A stretch of 64,000 bases of DNA from the human T2T-CHM13v2.0 reference genome, Homo sapiens, in NCBI RefSeq assembly GCF_009914755.1, contig NC_060929.1; one strand, 5' to 3'. A model generated the notes under the pieces. It was not told the origin of the DNA. It worked only from the letters and a program-made list of their open reading frames with translations, and made no database searches. Below are positions 1-16,929 of this stretch, piece by piece. A program made the position numbers and the translations under genes. Position 1 is the stretch's first letter, and each line of letters starts with the position of its first letter.

Positions 1-654
1 CTTGAACTGCTCACCCCAATTTGAAAAAGAAGAGACTCAAAGAAATATTTTTGCTTACAGAAGACAAATACCAGCTCATTAAAGTCTGAGAATACACACA
101 ACATGTGCACCAAGTGACAGGCGGATAATATTTAATTATCACCACCAAGACAGAGGTGTGAGATTTAGTTCATCACAGCCAGGGGTAGGAGAGAGGGTGT
201 AGGTTTCCTCTAAAAGTGGGAACTGCAAGGTGAGGAGGCGTTGTTAGACTGTCTGGCCTGGTGAGACAGTCCTTACTTCTTCCCCACTCCCCTTTATCAC
301 CCTGAACTTAGAGTCAGGAGCCCTAGCCCTTCCATCATTTCAAGCCGGCATCGGAGTGAGTCTGAAGCTCCTGTGGAATCCTATGAGATGCTTTCTCCCA
401 TCTGTGGGCAGCGGTGACAGTGGAGACCAAGGGAGGTGATGTCATAACCACATCACCTGGAGGTAGGGTAGGAGGAAGCCTTTTTAGGCTGAGCCTGTCC
501 CGTCACCCCGCATCACTTTCTTCCTTACTAAACTAGGAGAGATGTCTTTTCCCCTCGTTCCGTTTCAACACAGCACTGAAAGATGTTTTGCACCTTCTCT
601 TTCATGTCCCTGGTTTCTGAACAGGTGACACTGTATCATCATAATTGATTGAGG

Positions 655-850
655 GCTTGGGCTTCAGAGTCAGCCTTTGTATTCCAGCTCTGCAAGTCAC
701 TTTGCTTCTCAAAGTCTCAGTTTTCTTATCTGTAAAATAGGCATGGCAATGCCAATGTCACTAGCTGGTGTGAAGTTTAAGTGAGAAAATGCATGTGATG
801 TATTTTACAAGACACCTGGCTCATAGATGCCCTCACACGTTGGCTGCTGC
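655..850 (+). mobile_element. MIR SINE fragment
   Basis: MIR core ctcagttttcttatctgtaaaatagg...cctggctcatag; boundaries approximate. Confidence 0.7.
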
Positions 851-974
851 TAGCATTAACATTATTAATATTAATGTTATTTTCTAGAAAGGAGACTGAA
901 TTCATATAGATGGAACCCAACCAATAATTTTTCCAGTGTACACAACCACAAAGATTCTAACTTTGTGCTTATTG

Positions 975-1150
975 AACTTTAGTGCTGCGTGACTGTGTGG
1001 AGGGCTTGTTTAAAAGTCAGATTTCTAAGCCCCCACCTTTGAGGTTCTGATTTATTAGTCAGACATAGAATGCAGGAGTCTGCACTTTTACCACGCACCC
1101 CAGAGTGTCTGATACAAGTGTGTTTGCTCTGCAGATGACATTTTGAGATA
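975..1150. mobile_element. MER5A-like hAT-Charlie DNA transposon relic
   Basis: ggagggcttgtttaaaagtcagatttctaagcccccacc...ttctgatt resembles the recalled MER5A consensus. Confidence 0.6.
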
Positions 1151-1311
1151 AACTTTTTAAAATAATGGTGTTCCCTGGGTGGGCTCACCCAGCCTAATGT
1201 CATAGTGCTTATACCCCAAACCCTTTCCCCTAAAATCCCCAGAACACAGGAGTGCAGTGAGGAGAGGGGAATTTTATTTCAGGAAGAAATAAGTAGCTGA
1301 AAAGACATGAA

Positions 1312-1613
1312 GTCTGGGCATGGTGGCTCACGCCCGTAATCCTAACACTTTGGGAGACCAAGGTGGGTGGATTACTTGAGCTCAAGAGTTCAAGACCAGC
1401 CTCGGCAACATGGTGAAACCCCATCTCTACAAAAAATAGAGAAATTAGCCAGGCAGGCATCCTGGCATGCGCCTGTAGTTCCAGCTACTCAGGAGGCCGA
1501 GGTAGAAGGATCGCTTGCTCAGGAAGTTGAGGCTGCAGTAAGCCGTGATTGTGCTATTACACTCCAGCCTGGGCGACAGAGTGAGACCCTGTCTCAAAAA
1601 AAAAAAAAAAAAA
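1312..1613 (+). mobile_element. Alu (AluJ-like), full length
   Basis: Dimeric Alu with poly(A); target-site duplication aaaagacatgaag on both sides. Confidence 0.95.
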
Positions 1614-3135
1614 AAGACATGAAGATATCTTTATGTTTAGGTCCTTTGTGAATGACTTCAGTATGATTTAGAAGTTCTCCATTCTTGGGTGGAGAGTTGG
1701 CTGATGTTTGTTTCAAAGTTTAAAAACCTTTAATTCTCTGTCATTAGGGTATGAATTCGTCTATCCACTCATCCATCCATCCATCCATTCATTAGCTTAT
1801 TCATTTATGGTTTAACAAACATTTGTTGAGGGTTTACTAAATGTTAGACCCTGAAAATAAGCCTTTAGAAATACTAAAGCAAACATGACATATGTCCACA
1901 AAGAGCTCACTATCCATCTACAAAGATGGATAAACACATTGTTATTATTATTATTACAGTCCAGCATGTGAGAGGTGACAGAGATGGACCATCTTATTAG
2001 ACGGCAATAGTTCAGTGGGAGCATAGCAAAGGGACTGTCACGTGTATGGGTGTCAGGAACATGACATGAGAGAAAGCGTAGCCCATTGTTAAGGACTGGC
2101 TCTTCAGCTCGTCTCCATGGAGTGTCCTCAAAGCCACAAATCCGTGTGATCAGTAACCCGTGGTAGAGGCTCTTCAGGTCACTAGCAGTTACTGCAGTTC
2201 CCTCTCTAAATGAAGCACTCCACTCTGGCTTCTCTGCAGAGCAGTATTTCCCACCCTACCTCCATCTGCAAGGCTCGGTTCCTTGGTTCACTCCAAAGGA
2301 GGCTGCCTTGGGTTAAGAGACGTGGATCCTGGCCTGAGCTCTGGGCATGCCATCCAAGGCACTCCAGCCAGGTCTAAATGAGGAGAAATAACACTGGAGT
2401 CTGTCCAAAGCACTTGGAACAGACAAAACTCACCCCTCGCCCACTGCCTCCTCCCGCTCCCTCCCCATCCCGTAGCCATCCAAATTGGTTTGACACGATT
2501 CAGGAATGCTCTTCCGGCATTTATCTCACTTGTTAATTAATAACTCACCTTGTCTGTGCATTTAGCAGAGCCAAGCTAGGGACTTCAGGGACTCCAAAAG
2601 GGTTCTGGTTCCCATGCCCAAATAGTCCAGTTTCTTCCTCCAATGAGACACAAAGCTTGGTGAACCCACTGTAAATGCCTTGATTAATGTATCCCAATTG
2701 TGTTGATGGATTGGTTGGGTGGGGGACAGCTTAAAAATACAATATTGAGCTATTAATTGGGTTGGATGAGGATTCCCTTTGCAGTCCAAAGACCTTGTGG
2801 CAAATGTAGCTGGAGCCATAAACAGAGTCCCTGATTAGCTCCCAGAGAGAAAAGCAATGTCTCTAATGCTTAGGAGGAAAACTTGGCCTTGAGGACACTG
2901 CCAGCTGGCCAGATGCTGGGTCTCTCTTCTTTAGGAGGGAAGCAGAATTAGCCTCAACTGAGATCTTCAGGGAACACATAGCAACAGGGATCTGAAGTTA
3001 TTCTGGCTCTTCCAGTTGAAATAAGATCTTTGACTTCCTGGGCATATTTGACTAGAGAATCTTCTGTTTAGAAAACTGTAAGGTAGGGGTTCAGTTTTCT
3101 CTTATGCTACTGAGGTTTAGAAAAAAGATAGAACC

Positions 3136-3525
<390 letters not shown>

Positions 3526-3678
3526 TCAGTAAGATTTTTGAGAGCTTACATGTGCCAAGCACTGTGCTGAGCTTGCTCTGCACCTGGGTTACGGGAACAG
3601 CCTCCCAAGTGGTCTCCCTGCACTCCTCTTGCCGTCTGCTCTCTGTTCCTCCACACAGCAGCCAGAGGGAGTGTTTTA

Positions 3679-3743
3679 GTAGGTTGATGCAAAAGTTATT
3701 GTGGTTTTGGCCATTGAAAGCAATTAATTTTGCACCAACCTAA
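3679..3743. mobile_element. MADE1 (Hsmar1-derived mariner MITE), internally deleted
   Basis: TA + gtaggttgatgcaaaagttattg...caattaattttgcaccaacctaa + TA: inverted terminal repeats and TA duplication. Confidence 0.9.
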
Positions 3744-4945
3744 TACATTGTAAATCTCATCATTCCATGTTCTCAAAGGGTTTCTCATGGAGTTAGAATC
3801 AAAATCAGCTGTTTTTTTCACCTTGGCTTAGAGGGCCCTCTGTATATCCCCTGCCTTGTCTCTGACCTGTCCTCCCCCATCCTCTCCGGAAGCTCTGCCT
3901 CATCCACTCTGGCCGGTGTTTAGACTGCACAAGTGCAAAGATTAGTTCCACCCGAGGGTCTTTGCTAGTGCAAGGTGGAAATGCTCAGTCAAGGCACATT
4001 GTATCACTGGCTCAATGTAGTCATTCAGTTCTCAGCTCAAATGCCTCAGAAGGACTTATTACGAAGTCTTCCTCTGTGTCTCTCCCATCAACCATTAGTG
4101 TTTCCTTTATGGAAATATCACACTCCTAAATTTTCTCACGCTGTTATTCTTGCAGATTGTCTGTTTCTTCACACTAGACTATAAGTTCAATGAGTCTATT
4201 TCATCATATTATTTTCATTATACAGATAAGGATACAAAGGCTCAAGAAGTTAAGACTCAGAATAGCCCTTTCAGCTAACCACCATGATATATGGCTTTTC
4301 TCCTTTAAAACCATTGGCTCCTTTTTTCTAAAACACTCAAAAAATTTGGACAGTGTTTCTGAAGAAGATTCAAACAAGTACAGAATGTGTGCTGCTGCAA
4401 GGAAGCCTTAGAAAAAAACACCTCAAAGACAAAACTTTTCCATTGAAAACCTTTTCCTGGTACATGTAATTGACCATTGAATTAGTTGTGTTCTTTTTTA
4501 AAAAAAGGGGTTTAAAGTTTATAATTTACCCAACACAGCACTTTCAGTCTTTTTTAATCAAGTCTTTATTAGTTTAAATGGTTATTAAGTGTCTCTTAAG
4601 GGATTATGTTTTTTTCCCCCTGATTAGATGACAAATCAAATATACATTATGAAATTGTGATGAAAATGCATAATCTGAAAAAAAATTTTAATCATGTAAA
4701 TCACTATGGACTTATTTTAGGGAATTAAAGGATGAAAACGCAGATTTCACTGGTGGCAAGGAGGTGATATTGATAGCGTTATGTTGGCTTCCTGTATTTG
4801 TGCTTTGGCCAGAGCCTTGCCCTAGATGGTGGCAGGCACACCCTTGCCATCCCCCGGTCTCTGTGACCAGCATTTGAATAAAGAGGCAAGGTCCTCGTGC
4901 CATCACTAGCTCTCTTGCTCCCACAGTCTTCCCCCAAGTCCAGAC

Positions 4946-5162
4946 CAGTGGTTCCCTACCGGGGCAACTCGCTCACCCAGGAACATCTGGCAATGACTGG
5001 AAGCATTCACGAGTCATGGTGGTGGGGAGGTGGGGAGGTGCTACTGGCATCCAGTGGGTAGAGGCCAGGGTTGCTGCCAAATGCCCTACACACATAGGAA
5101 AGCCCCAAATCAAAGAATGATCCCACCCAAAATGTCAATAACACCAAGGCTGAGAAATCCGA
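4946..5162 (+). mobile_element. MER20 DNA transposon relic
   Basis: cagtggttccctaccggggc...tgctactggcatccagtgggtagaggccaggg...aaaatgtcaataacaccaaggctgagaaa matches recalled MER20. Confidence 0.85.
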
Positions 5163-7387
5163 TATAGACATTTAATGTCCCAGGAACACATCTGTCTGAG
5201 GGACCAGAGGGTCCCAAAACAGGCAGTGTCCATGGGCCTGATTTGAAAGGACGTGATGTCCAAAACCCTAAGGCATTGAGCCCTTACTAAGGGCCAGGCC
5301 CTTGCTAAAACGTCACCCACATTGCCTAAATAAATCATGACAATCCCCACAAGAGCCCTGGGAGTCTTTCATTATCCTTTATATAGAAGCAGAAACTAGG
5401 AGCCAGAGAGAACAAGTGGCTTGTCCAAGCTCCCACGGCGAAAACATAGCCAAGCCAGGATTCAGAACCTGGGTCAAGAACCCTCCTCTGGGCCCCTCAC
5501 AGCACCTGAGTGTTTGTTGTGTTTGGGCTCAGAGCAAGGCAGAGCATAAGTGCTTGAACAACCTCCGCCCCTCAGAAACACGAATTTTGCAGCATGCTTA
5601 AAAATACCATCGGCGTTAGCTTTTCCCTCCGGTTTTGGATTTGGAATGCATTTTTGCCACAAAGCACTTAGGCACTGAAATGCCAGGGGGTGAGCAGGGG
5701 AGAGTTGAGCAGCTGGACTTTAAATAGCAAGGTGTTAGCAAGCAGCACAGCAAGAGCAGCTGCCCAAGGCCTGTGCTCTTTTCTTTGACTTTCTATCTTC
5801 TCAGCCAAGAGCTCTGGGGGATTGGAGAGGGGCCAGAACTCTGTGGCCAAATGCAAATCCAGAGAAAACTGCGAGGTGTTCCCCCAAACCTCTGTGCCTA
5901 ATGCTTCTCTTCCTCCCCACTCACAACCAAGACCAAACCTTTCCAAGGTGATTCTCCTCCTCTGCCTGTCCTCAGGGTATGTCATCATGGAGCTCTCCCC
6001 ACCTCCTTCAGTTTCCTGGAACTCCATGGCCACGTGCACTGAGGCACACTACCTCTTTCATTTATGAGAATCACAGGATGATTTCATTTATGGGAGTCTG
6101 GAAATGTCAGATGCAAAAAGGCTAAACTATAGAGTCCCCGGCAGCTGCAAAACCCAAGGAGGGAAGCCACTTACTCAAGGCCAAGGAGCAGGCAGGGCAG
6201 ACCTGAGACTGGAGTCCTGGTTTCCTGGCTCAAAATCCAGTGTGCTTTTGTCAATGCTGCGTTGCCACCAAAAGGACTCAGTGACACTCAGGAGAATGGG
6301 TGCCTGCCACTACTGGTTGGAGCCAAGATCTATTTCAGACCTGGGACCTAGATTAGAATGAGTGGAGATGCCTAGGGTACCTCACAGTGAGTGTCGCCTT
6401 CACTTTCGCCCCCTCAGCCCCTCATTCACCTCTTCCTAGTTGCAACCCTGCTCAGACCTCTTGTCATTGATGGCAATGACAGAAAACACCCTCCCCCACA
6501 CCAGCCACACTCCTGGACAGACCACTCACCACCAAAATCATTTATTCATCCAACAAACATATACCAAGCCCCCACTCTGTGGCAGGGCATGTGAATGAAT
6601 AAGACTCAAACTCCGCCCATAAAGATGCTCTGTCTGGTGGGAGGTAAAATACACACTAAAGCTGTCACTGCAGAGCCACATTTTAAGGGTCCATAATAGA
6701 AGTAAGGCCAAGAGACCATGGCCGCTCACAAGAGAGGCACTGAAGACTTCCAAAATAGGTACAGCTTGAATCTTAAAAGATAAAAAGGAATTAGGCAAGG
6801 AAGGAGGGAAAAGCATTGTGAACGAAGGGAACGGCAAATGCACAGAGGCAAGGAACAGCAATGCCTGTGTGGGGACCTCTGAGAAGCCTGGTACCTTGCA
6901 GCCTAGTCCACATGGAGAATGGAGGAGGATGAGGCTAGAATGGGGTTTGCGTGCAGTGCTGGGCAGAGCGCAATACAGCCATCATATTTGTTTGTGCCTC
7001 CCATCAACATAGCATCTCAGTCTTCAAAATTGCAACCATGCCTGCCCCTCAGACAGAAGGCTGATATATCTGCTTGAGTTATTATAAACACACACACCAC
7101 AGCTGAGAAGCAGGCGTGGCCTTTTGTTGTGTTGCCTCCATTGCACATGGGCATTCTTTCTCCCAGGGAGGGGAGACAGCCTGGCAGGGTAGTCAAGAGG
7201 CTTTGGGATTTGAGCTTCAGGTCACGTCCCAGCTCCTCCACTTCCTCAAGATATGAGCTTAAATTTAAGCTTTGTCCTCTGTAAAGTGGAGCTAGGGCTA
7301 ATTTCTACCTCATAGGATACTGTGAGGCTTAGATGAGTTAATGGATGCAAAACAGTCAGCACAACGGTTCGTATACATCTTATACGT

Positions 7388-7536
7388 CAGTGAGCATCAG
7401 AATCACCTGGAAGGCTTCAGGCACAGATGGCTGGGCCCCACCCTCAGAGTTTCAGATTCAGTAGGTCTGGCAGGAAGCCCAAGAATGTGCATTTCTCACA
7501 AGTGCCCAGATGATGCTGTTGCGTTGAGAACCACTG
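7388..7536. mobile_element. MER5A relic
   Basis: gcatcagaatcacctgg...gggccccaccctcagagtttcagattcagtaggtctgg...ttgagaaccactg. Confidence 0.85.
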
Positions 7537-8959
7537 ACTTAGCGTAATACGTGCCTTTTGAAGGGAAGCTCAAGTGCTGGCAGAGGGATTCCTCCGAGCG
7601 TGTCAGCCCTGGGCCAGCTGATGAGGAGAGACAGGCCAAACAGCTCTGCATCCTGAGGCGGTGGCCACTTCATTAGCATATGGACCTTGGGTACATTCCT
7701 GGGTTCACTGAGGTCCTTTCCACAGAAGCTTGTCATCCGGAGAGGAGTCAGGGCTCCAACTTCCCGGGATCCATCCTCCTCCTTCAAGAGTGTTGGAATA
7801 AACGAAAAATGTGGAAGGAGTTTGCTGGGAGAGAGCAGTGGTAGCTGGCCCTGGTTCCTTGCCTTTTATGACATTCTGCTGCTTCTCCCATGCCCCCTGC
7901 CCCACTTAGGACAGGTGGTGCTGTGCCATTTACTGATGGGGTCCACAGACTTTGGAATCAGACGGACCTAGCTGTACATTCTGACTCAGGTTCTTACTAG
8001 CTGTGCTTCCTTGAGCAAAGGACCTAACGTGTCTGAGACTCAGTTCTCTCATCTGTAAACTGGAAACAATGATATCAACTTCATTGGCCTGTTGTAAGGT
8101 TTGACTAGAAAGTTTATAGACAGCAACTTAATGCCCCTTTACTTAAATGGCTGCTCTAAGTGTTTGCATCTCCCTGTATGATGTGAGTTCAGAGATTCTA
8201 AAAACATACACTGCCTTCCAATCAAAAACTCATCATTTCAAATAATACATACATTTCAAAATCAGGAACCCATCTTTTGGTCCCTGTTATAATACATTTC
8301 CCTCAATTTCATCCCCACTGGCTCTGGAATGAGTGCTGTCTTCCCTCAGAGGTCATGAACCGGTGACCCCCAAGCTGGGTGGGTCACTGTCATGTTCCCT
8401 TTAGCCACATAGGCTTACAAAAATCTTTGCATTCATTGCTGACATTTAGAGGATTTCATTTAACTAACAAAGAAGCTGAGGGCCTAGAGGTTAACTTGCC
8501 CAGAGTCAAACAGTGGAAGGGCTGGGATTGGAGCCCAGTTCTTTTGATTCTAAATGTCTTGTTCATTCTTCTCTCAGACCCTTTTTCTGAAAGTATTTTT
8601 ATGCCAGGTGTGCCAGAGTCCAAAGCCACTAGGTGTCTGGGGTTATGCTGGAAAAGAGGAATCCATGGAGAAGACAGATGCAGAAAAGAGAAACAGCAGT
8701 CCCCGGAGCAAGCTTCTCCTGCTCTTACTTCTGCCATGCTCACTCAGAAAGCTTGTGGCTCAGGGAGTGTAGAACCAGGGAGAAAACCCCAGCCTACCTG
8801 GGGTCCATCACTCAAAGTCTTAGCCCTTTGACGAGCAACACTAATATCATCACTACCCAACTAGCACACCGTCTGCCAGGGAGGCCATTGCATAGGCCTT
8901 TGACATGCCCTCTTTGTCTATGCATCTTGCCACACAGATTTTGGGATGCCCCCTTACCT

Positions 8960-9655
8960 GGCCTCTCCATTCCCTACTCTTAATCCTTAAGGCCATGATT
9001 TCTTAATAGCTTTCCACCTCCACTCAGATCATGCCAACAACTTCTCTGCGCTGGACTATGGGTCCTCCAGCTTCTAATCTGTTCCCCACAGAGCAGCTAG
9101 AAGAATCCTTTCAGAAGTCAGATCCTATCACACCCCTGCTCAAGCCTTGCCAGGGCCTCTCATCTCCCGTAGCATGGCACCCAGGTTGCCGCAGTGGCTT
9201 CCATTGCTCTGCATTAGTGAGTCCCTGCTTCCATGCTGATCTCATTTCCTCTCTCTCTTCCTCGTCCTCTCTCTGCCATACCTGCCATCTTGCCATTCCT
9301 ACAACTCACAGATACACTTTCACCCTAGGCTTCTGCACTTGCTGTTGCCTCTGCTCAGAGTGTTCTTCTTCCAGATGTTTCCATGACTCATTTCCTCATT
9401 TCGTTTAGGTTTCTACACGAACATCACTTCTTTAGAGAAGCCCTCCCTGCCCTCCCTGTCTAAAGCAGAAAATCCCCTCCTTCATCACTGTCCAGCCCTT
9501 TACCTTGCTTTACTTAGTGTCTTCAGAACACTGTCACTGTAATTCCATCATGCATTCATTGTTTATTGTCTATTTTCCCCCTCTAGAATCTAGGGCCATA
9601 ATCACAGGGTCCTTGTCTGCCTTGGTCAACTCATTGTTACACGAATTGAATGAGT
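8960..9655 (+). mobile_element. L2 LINE 3' fragment
   Basis: L2-like pyrimidine-rich body ending in ttgaatgagt; boundaries approximate. Confidence 0.65.
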
Positions 9656-10437
9656 AAAAGCTTTCACGAGAAGTGTTTGGGATCAGAAGCAATTGTCTTT
9701 TATTCAATAGATGATTGGGAGATAAATACATTTCATTTTAGGATTTCAAAAAACATGCATACAGTGACACCCAAGTCACTATATACCGCTGATATCGTTT
9801 TATCAGTGCAAAGAAAATCCAGATATAAAATACATCTTTGCTTTTCAGTAAGGCATGAAGACATGGTTGTACTGCTCTTCATCTGTATTATTGACTTGGC
9901 CTCATCCTGTCCATTGACTTCGTATGGGTTGGTGCAGTAGGTATGCAAGCCTCATAATCCTCCTTTAAAACAAGAGGAAAGGCAGAGGCAGCTGCAGATT
10001 GTTCTTGGGTGAACTCCGACCTCCCAAACTACAGCTTGCTGGAGAAGCATAGAGTAGGGGAGAAGAACAGCAAGTCTAAGGCTGGGCCAGCTGCGTGTGA
10101 ATCCCAGCTTCCCCACCCACCAGCAGCTGCCCAACCTTAGTCAAGTAACTGACCCTCTCTAGGACTGGGTTTCTCCATCTGAAAAGTGGAAGTAAACAAA
10201 TGGTTACTATACAACAAGTCCTTCTGCATACAGTTTATTTGATTTTTTTGCAACAGCCCTATTAAGCTGGTGTGATTATTTTTATTTTACAGATGAAGGA
10301 ACCAAGACTCAGAGAGGTAAAGTAACTAGCCCAAGGCCACACAGCCAATATTTTGCTGACCTGGGGTTGAACACAGATCAGCTGCCTCTAGATCCCGTGA
10401 TCATAATTGGCAGTATGATACTAATTCCTATTATCTA

Positions 10438-10770
<333 letters not shown>

Positions 10771-11729
10771 ACAAAATAAACGAGAAAATCTCCAGCGAGT
10801 GCTAAGCACAGTGCTTGGAACATGGCAGCAGCCACGTTTAGGAATGACACCGTTTAGAAATTAGTACTTCCAACTCCTCTAATTCCACAGGAAGCTCGTA
10901 GAATAGCCAAGTCCGGGCCCTTCTCCCAGCTGGCAGTCTGGGGCATTTCTTTATGCAGCAGAAGGAGAAGCATCATGCGCCCCTACTAATCCTCTCCACT
11001 CTGGGGCCAAGCCTCCCATCTTCCCCCCAGGGACAAGGTCTCCCCTCAGGCGGAAAGTAACTGTTCACCTTGTTGCTCTGAGGTGTCGGTGGTGACAGCC
11101 CCTTTTCTTTCTGAGGGCCCCAGCAGGTCACTGTCTGGCACCAGGCTGCCACCCCCTGCCGGGCCTCGGCTGCACTGGCCGTCGGCTCAGTTCTGTGTGA
11201 CCTGTCAGTGGGCTCTTTGAAATGGAGGTTGATGAGGAACAGAGCAGGGTAGACCAGGCAGCGAGAGGCCAGGAACAGCAGGCAGAGGGCAAGCATTTGG
11301 GGAAATCAGAGGCCAAGAGCAGAGGCCCCTGCTCTCTGTTGCCAGTGGTTTTTGTAACAGCAAAGTGGGGAGACAGCTGCAGCCAGGATAGAAATCCCCC
11401 AGGTATAAAAAACGTGGCTCTAGGCTAACAAGGGTGAGACTGTGCCAGAGAGGCCTGTCAGAGGCTGTCCAAGGTGGGAAATTTCTGATCAAATGAGATG
11501 ATTCCCAGAGGCCCTTTCTGGGTTGAGAGTCAGCAGGGGCGGGACAGGGAGAGGAAAAGAAGGAAGGGGAAAGAGACAGAAAAAACAACTAAGAAATGAA
11601 CATGTCTTCTGAAGCTTCAGTATTTCCCTTCATAAGTCCTGCGACATTCAGAGGGTACCTATATATGGCTGTGACTGCTTCCAGCCCCCTGTGAAAAACC
11701 GAGAACAGAAGTCAAGAGGCTTTGGAGGA

Positions 11730-12107
<378 letters not shown>

Positions 12108-13460
12108 TCACTTCTCCATCATTTACTAGCACTGTGACCTTGGGCAAGGCCCTTAAGCTCTATGAACCTCAGTTTCTTTATCTGCAAAATGAGGATCATA
12201 GAACCCACCACAAAGGGTTCTTGAGAGCATGACTGGATGCTGGCTGGATCGAAGCACAGCACAGGCTGAGCAAGCACAGAGGGACTTAAGTGGCTGGCAG
12301 AGGGCCAAGCACTTAATTGTAAACTTAAGTCAAAAGTGTGAACTGGATGAAGCTAGGAGCTGGGGCAGAGGGCTGGCCAAAACATTCTGCTGCCCAGTTT
12401 CCCAAAACATAAATCACCCTGTACTAGGTATGTAAATGGTTACTCTCACTAACTGTCTTAGATAAAAGAGCTCATATGTACATGCTTGTACAAACATGTC
12501 ATGGCAGAGGGTACAACAGGCTCCTGTGTGTTGGACACTCAGCATAACAGTCACACAACCTTACATGGCAGCTTTGTGTAGGATTTCGTTCCAGAGTGCA
12601 GCAAACAGGGTCCAAAACCCAGTCCTACCACTTAAAAACAGGGTGACCATAGGTGAATTATTTAATCTCGAAGTCTCCCATTTCTCACCTGTAAATAATG
12701 ATGTTAATAGCACCCAGGATTCTGGTGGTGTCTTAATAAAGGCATGCGTTTAAAGTACCTAACCCAGTGCCAGGCACCCAGGAAGCTCCTCCTGAGCACC
12801 AACCATTGGTTCTCATTAGACATGGTTGCCATTAATGTTCCATTGTCTTGCTGACGCCAGGATGTTGTCACCTAGCACAGGGTCCCCACTCTAAAATGCA
12901 CTGGCCTTGGGAGACACTGGGAGCTGGAGGACAGGGGCTCTGAACTGATATGCTAGTAGTACCGACGTGGTTTGTGTTGGGCCTGATCACCAAAAGCCCT
13001 GCACTTTATAGGAAGTCAATCAAGGATGAGACTGCCACTTGTGACTATTGAGTAGATGGAGGTATGGCTGGTCCTTCCAAGAACAAAGCCCCCAAACCTA
13101 GAGCCCTATGTTCTCATGAACTGTTTTCCAATGTGCATGGCACTAGATGCAATTGCAGGGAGAGGCTCGGAGCCAGAAGGGTCCATGGTCAGGAAATGCT
13201 GCGTACTCCATGACAATATTAAAGACTCATAACGTGTATCCATATATCAAAGCCTCCAGGAAGTCCTGCTGTAAAGTTTAACTTCGTTTAACTGACTCCC
13301 AAATTACATTTGATGGCAGATCCTCCCCTCCCACCTCCACTTTTGTGTTTCAGGGAATGCGTATTAACATCCTGCAGGAGACAGAGTTTGGAAAAACTGT
13401 TGTAGCCCCTCAGCTGTACTGCTGTGGATATTTGAAGGCTTTTTCTCAGTCACTCAGAAC

Positions 13461-14116
<656 letters not shown>

Positions 14117-14525
14117 TTAAAAGGTTTTGTTGATGGCATTTGTTTTTGGTTTTTGTCCATTAGTTGCTGGTGAAGAACCATTTTTTAAAAATAACTGGAC
14201 AACACTATAATCCCCTTGTCAAACATTTCCCCCAGTGGCTTCAAGGTACAGTCTATTAAAGAGAGGCCTTACCTGAATCAGATTTCTGCCTTTGGTAGCA
14301 GAGCCTTGATTTTCTTAAGCAGCCCGTGCTTTTTTTCCCACATCCATCCTAAAGAGTAGAAAAGCCAGCAAACAGCTTTCACTGGGGCCTCCTCTCTGCC
14401 AGATCTCTGGTCAGACATGATTCATCTTCCATGACTAAGTCATAAGAAAGGCCAGAAGGTGCTTTGGTACAACGATCTCTGGACTTGGAAGTCAGAGTCT
14501 GACCAAAAGAGTTGGCAAGAAGTAG

Positions 14526-14909
<384 letters not shown>

Positions 14910-15709
14910 TGAGAATGGCCGTTGCTCTGTGCAGGGAAGGAGGATGCCTGAGGAGCGACGGTTCATCAGGCAGCCAGGGTATTAATGGCAGGTGAAACCT
15001 TCCAAACGAGCATCCTGTCAGCCAATCTATTGCTTTAAAAGGTTCGCAATGCAGGAGACCTTACAGAGGCAATGAAGAACTAATCTCATATTGCCAGGTT
15101 AAATCAAGTCAGCCTTGCCTATTCCTTTCACTTCTTAGTTACATCAAGCCCAAATACTTTCAATTATCCTCACTTCCAACTTGTCAGCAGGCGTAGGGTA
15201 AAATGCAAATGGAACAGTACCTTTCTCTCGTGGAGAGCAGGAAATATCATTAAGAATAACCTTCATGTATTGAGCTTTGCCTCCATCTTAAGTGCTATAC
15301 ATTCATCATCTCATTTCACACGCACCTTCTTAGAGCACCTCTGTGCATTTCAGTGCAGTCAGCATTATTAAGTCCATTCTATAGATTGGAAAACTGAGCC
15401 ACAGGAATTCAGTCACGTGCCCAAGATGACACAGCTGATAAATAATAGACCAGGTTTTAAAGCCAGACCATTCTAATTCTAAAGCCCGTGTTTGTTTGCT
15501 GTTTTTCAAACTGAGCCAAAAGTCCAGTACCACCCTGGGAAAATGGGGCAGGGCAGGGACCAAGCATTGCATCTCAGCGGGCCCTGAGCTTTGGGATGAC
15601 TCCCTTGAAATTTTCTAAGTTGCTCCCCAAGTGTCAGGGACTGGCCAGAGTCAGCAATGCTAACTGGGAGGAGCACCTCAGTCCAGACTAGGACCCACGT
15701 GAGCCCTGA

Positions 15710-16040
<331 letters not shown>

Positions 16041-16929
16041 CAGGGTACTCTTTGACCCTCTGCCACCCCTCACCCCCACTCCTGTGCATGTAGGGTCAAT
16101 AAGATGCCCCAAATTGTTTTGGCATTTGCATCTATGGGATATCCTAAGGCCTAACGGCCAGCCCCAGTTCCAGCAGGCAGCCTAGCAAGCACTGGCCAAA
16201 GGACTCTCTCTTTTGCAAACCAAGCTTCCAGAATGGTGCTGACCTGCTGATTTGGGGTGACTCAAATTGTTTATATAGCCAGGGGCCCAGCACAAAAAAA
16301 AAAATGCCCTTTGACTGGGGTGCTGCATACCTTAGGCATGCCCTGCAGGAGTTTACCTCAAAACAAACTAACTCCCAAGGCAAAACCAATCCTATGGTTC
16401 CCCCTTTTTACTCAGGAAACTCTTTCCATCTCTATCTCAAATTCAGCAGGAGCCTTTGGCCTTTGCTGGCCAGCATTAAGTGCCCTCCAGGACCCCTGCA
16501 CCTTCTTCATTTCCATCACGAACAACCAGATTTCATCTTTCTTGCCCCAACTTATTGCTTCTTCCCTCCTTTTTATTGCTGCATTAATTTTTCACCTCTT
16601 CATCATTATTAGCTGATCTCAAAAACGACCCTGAGTCACGGGGTTCACCACCTGACTACCCAGCCTTTCCTTGGGGAAGTGACAGCTTGGCAAGCACCTA
16701 GCTCTGTATAGGTAAAAAAAAAACCCATATGATGCCAAGAAGACTCAAAAAGAAAAAGAAAAAAAAAACATAGAAATGACTCAGAAGCACTTAGTAGGTG
16801 ACAAGGTGCTCACAACTGTTGTAAGGACCTTTCGTGGATTACCTCTGTGGATCCTCCCAGCACTCCTTTGGGTATAATCATCACTGCCCTCACTTTGTCA
16901 ATTCACCTGGGGAACCAGGTGACTAAGAT

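Noticed and set aside
8379-8983. Overlapping 116-150 aa ORFs
   Set aside because: Partly MIR/L2-derived, with no convincing splice signals or recognisable homology.
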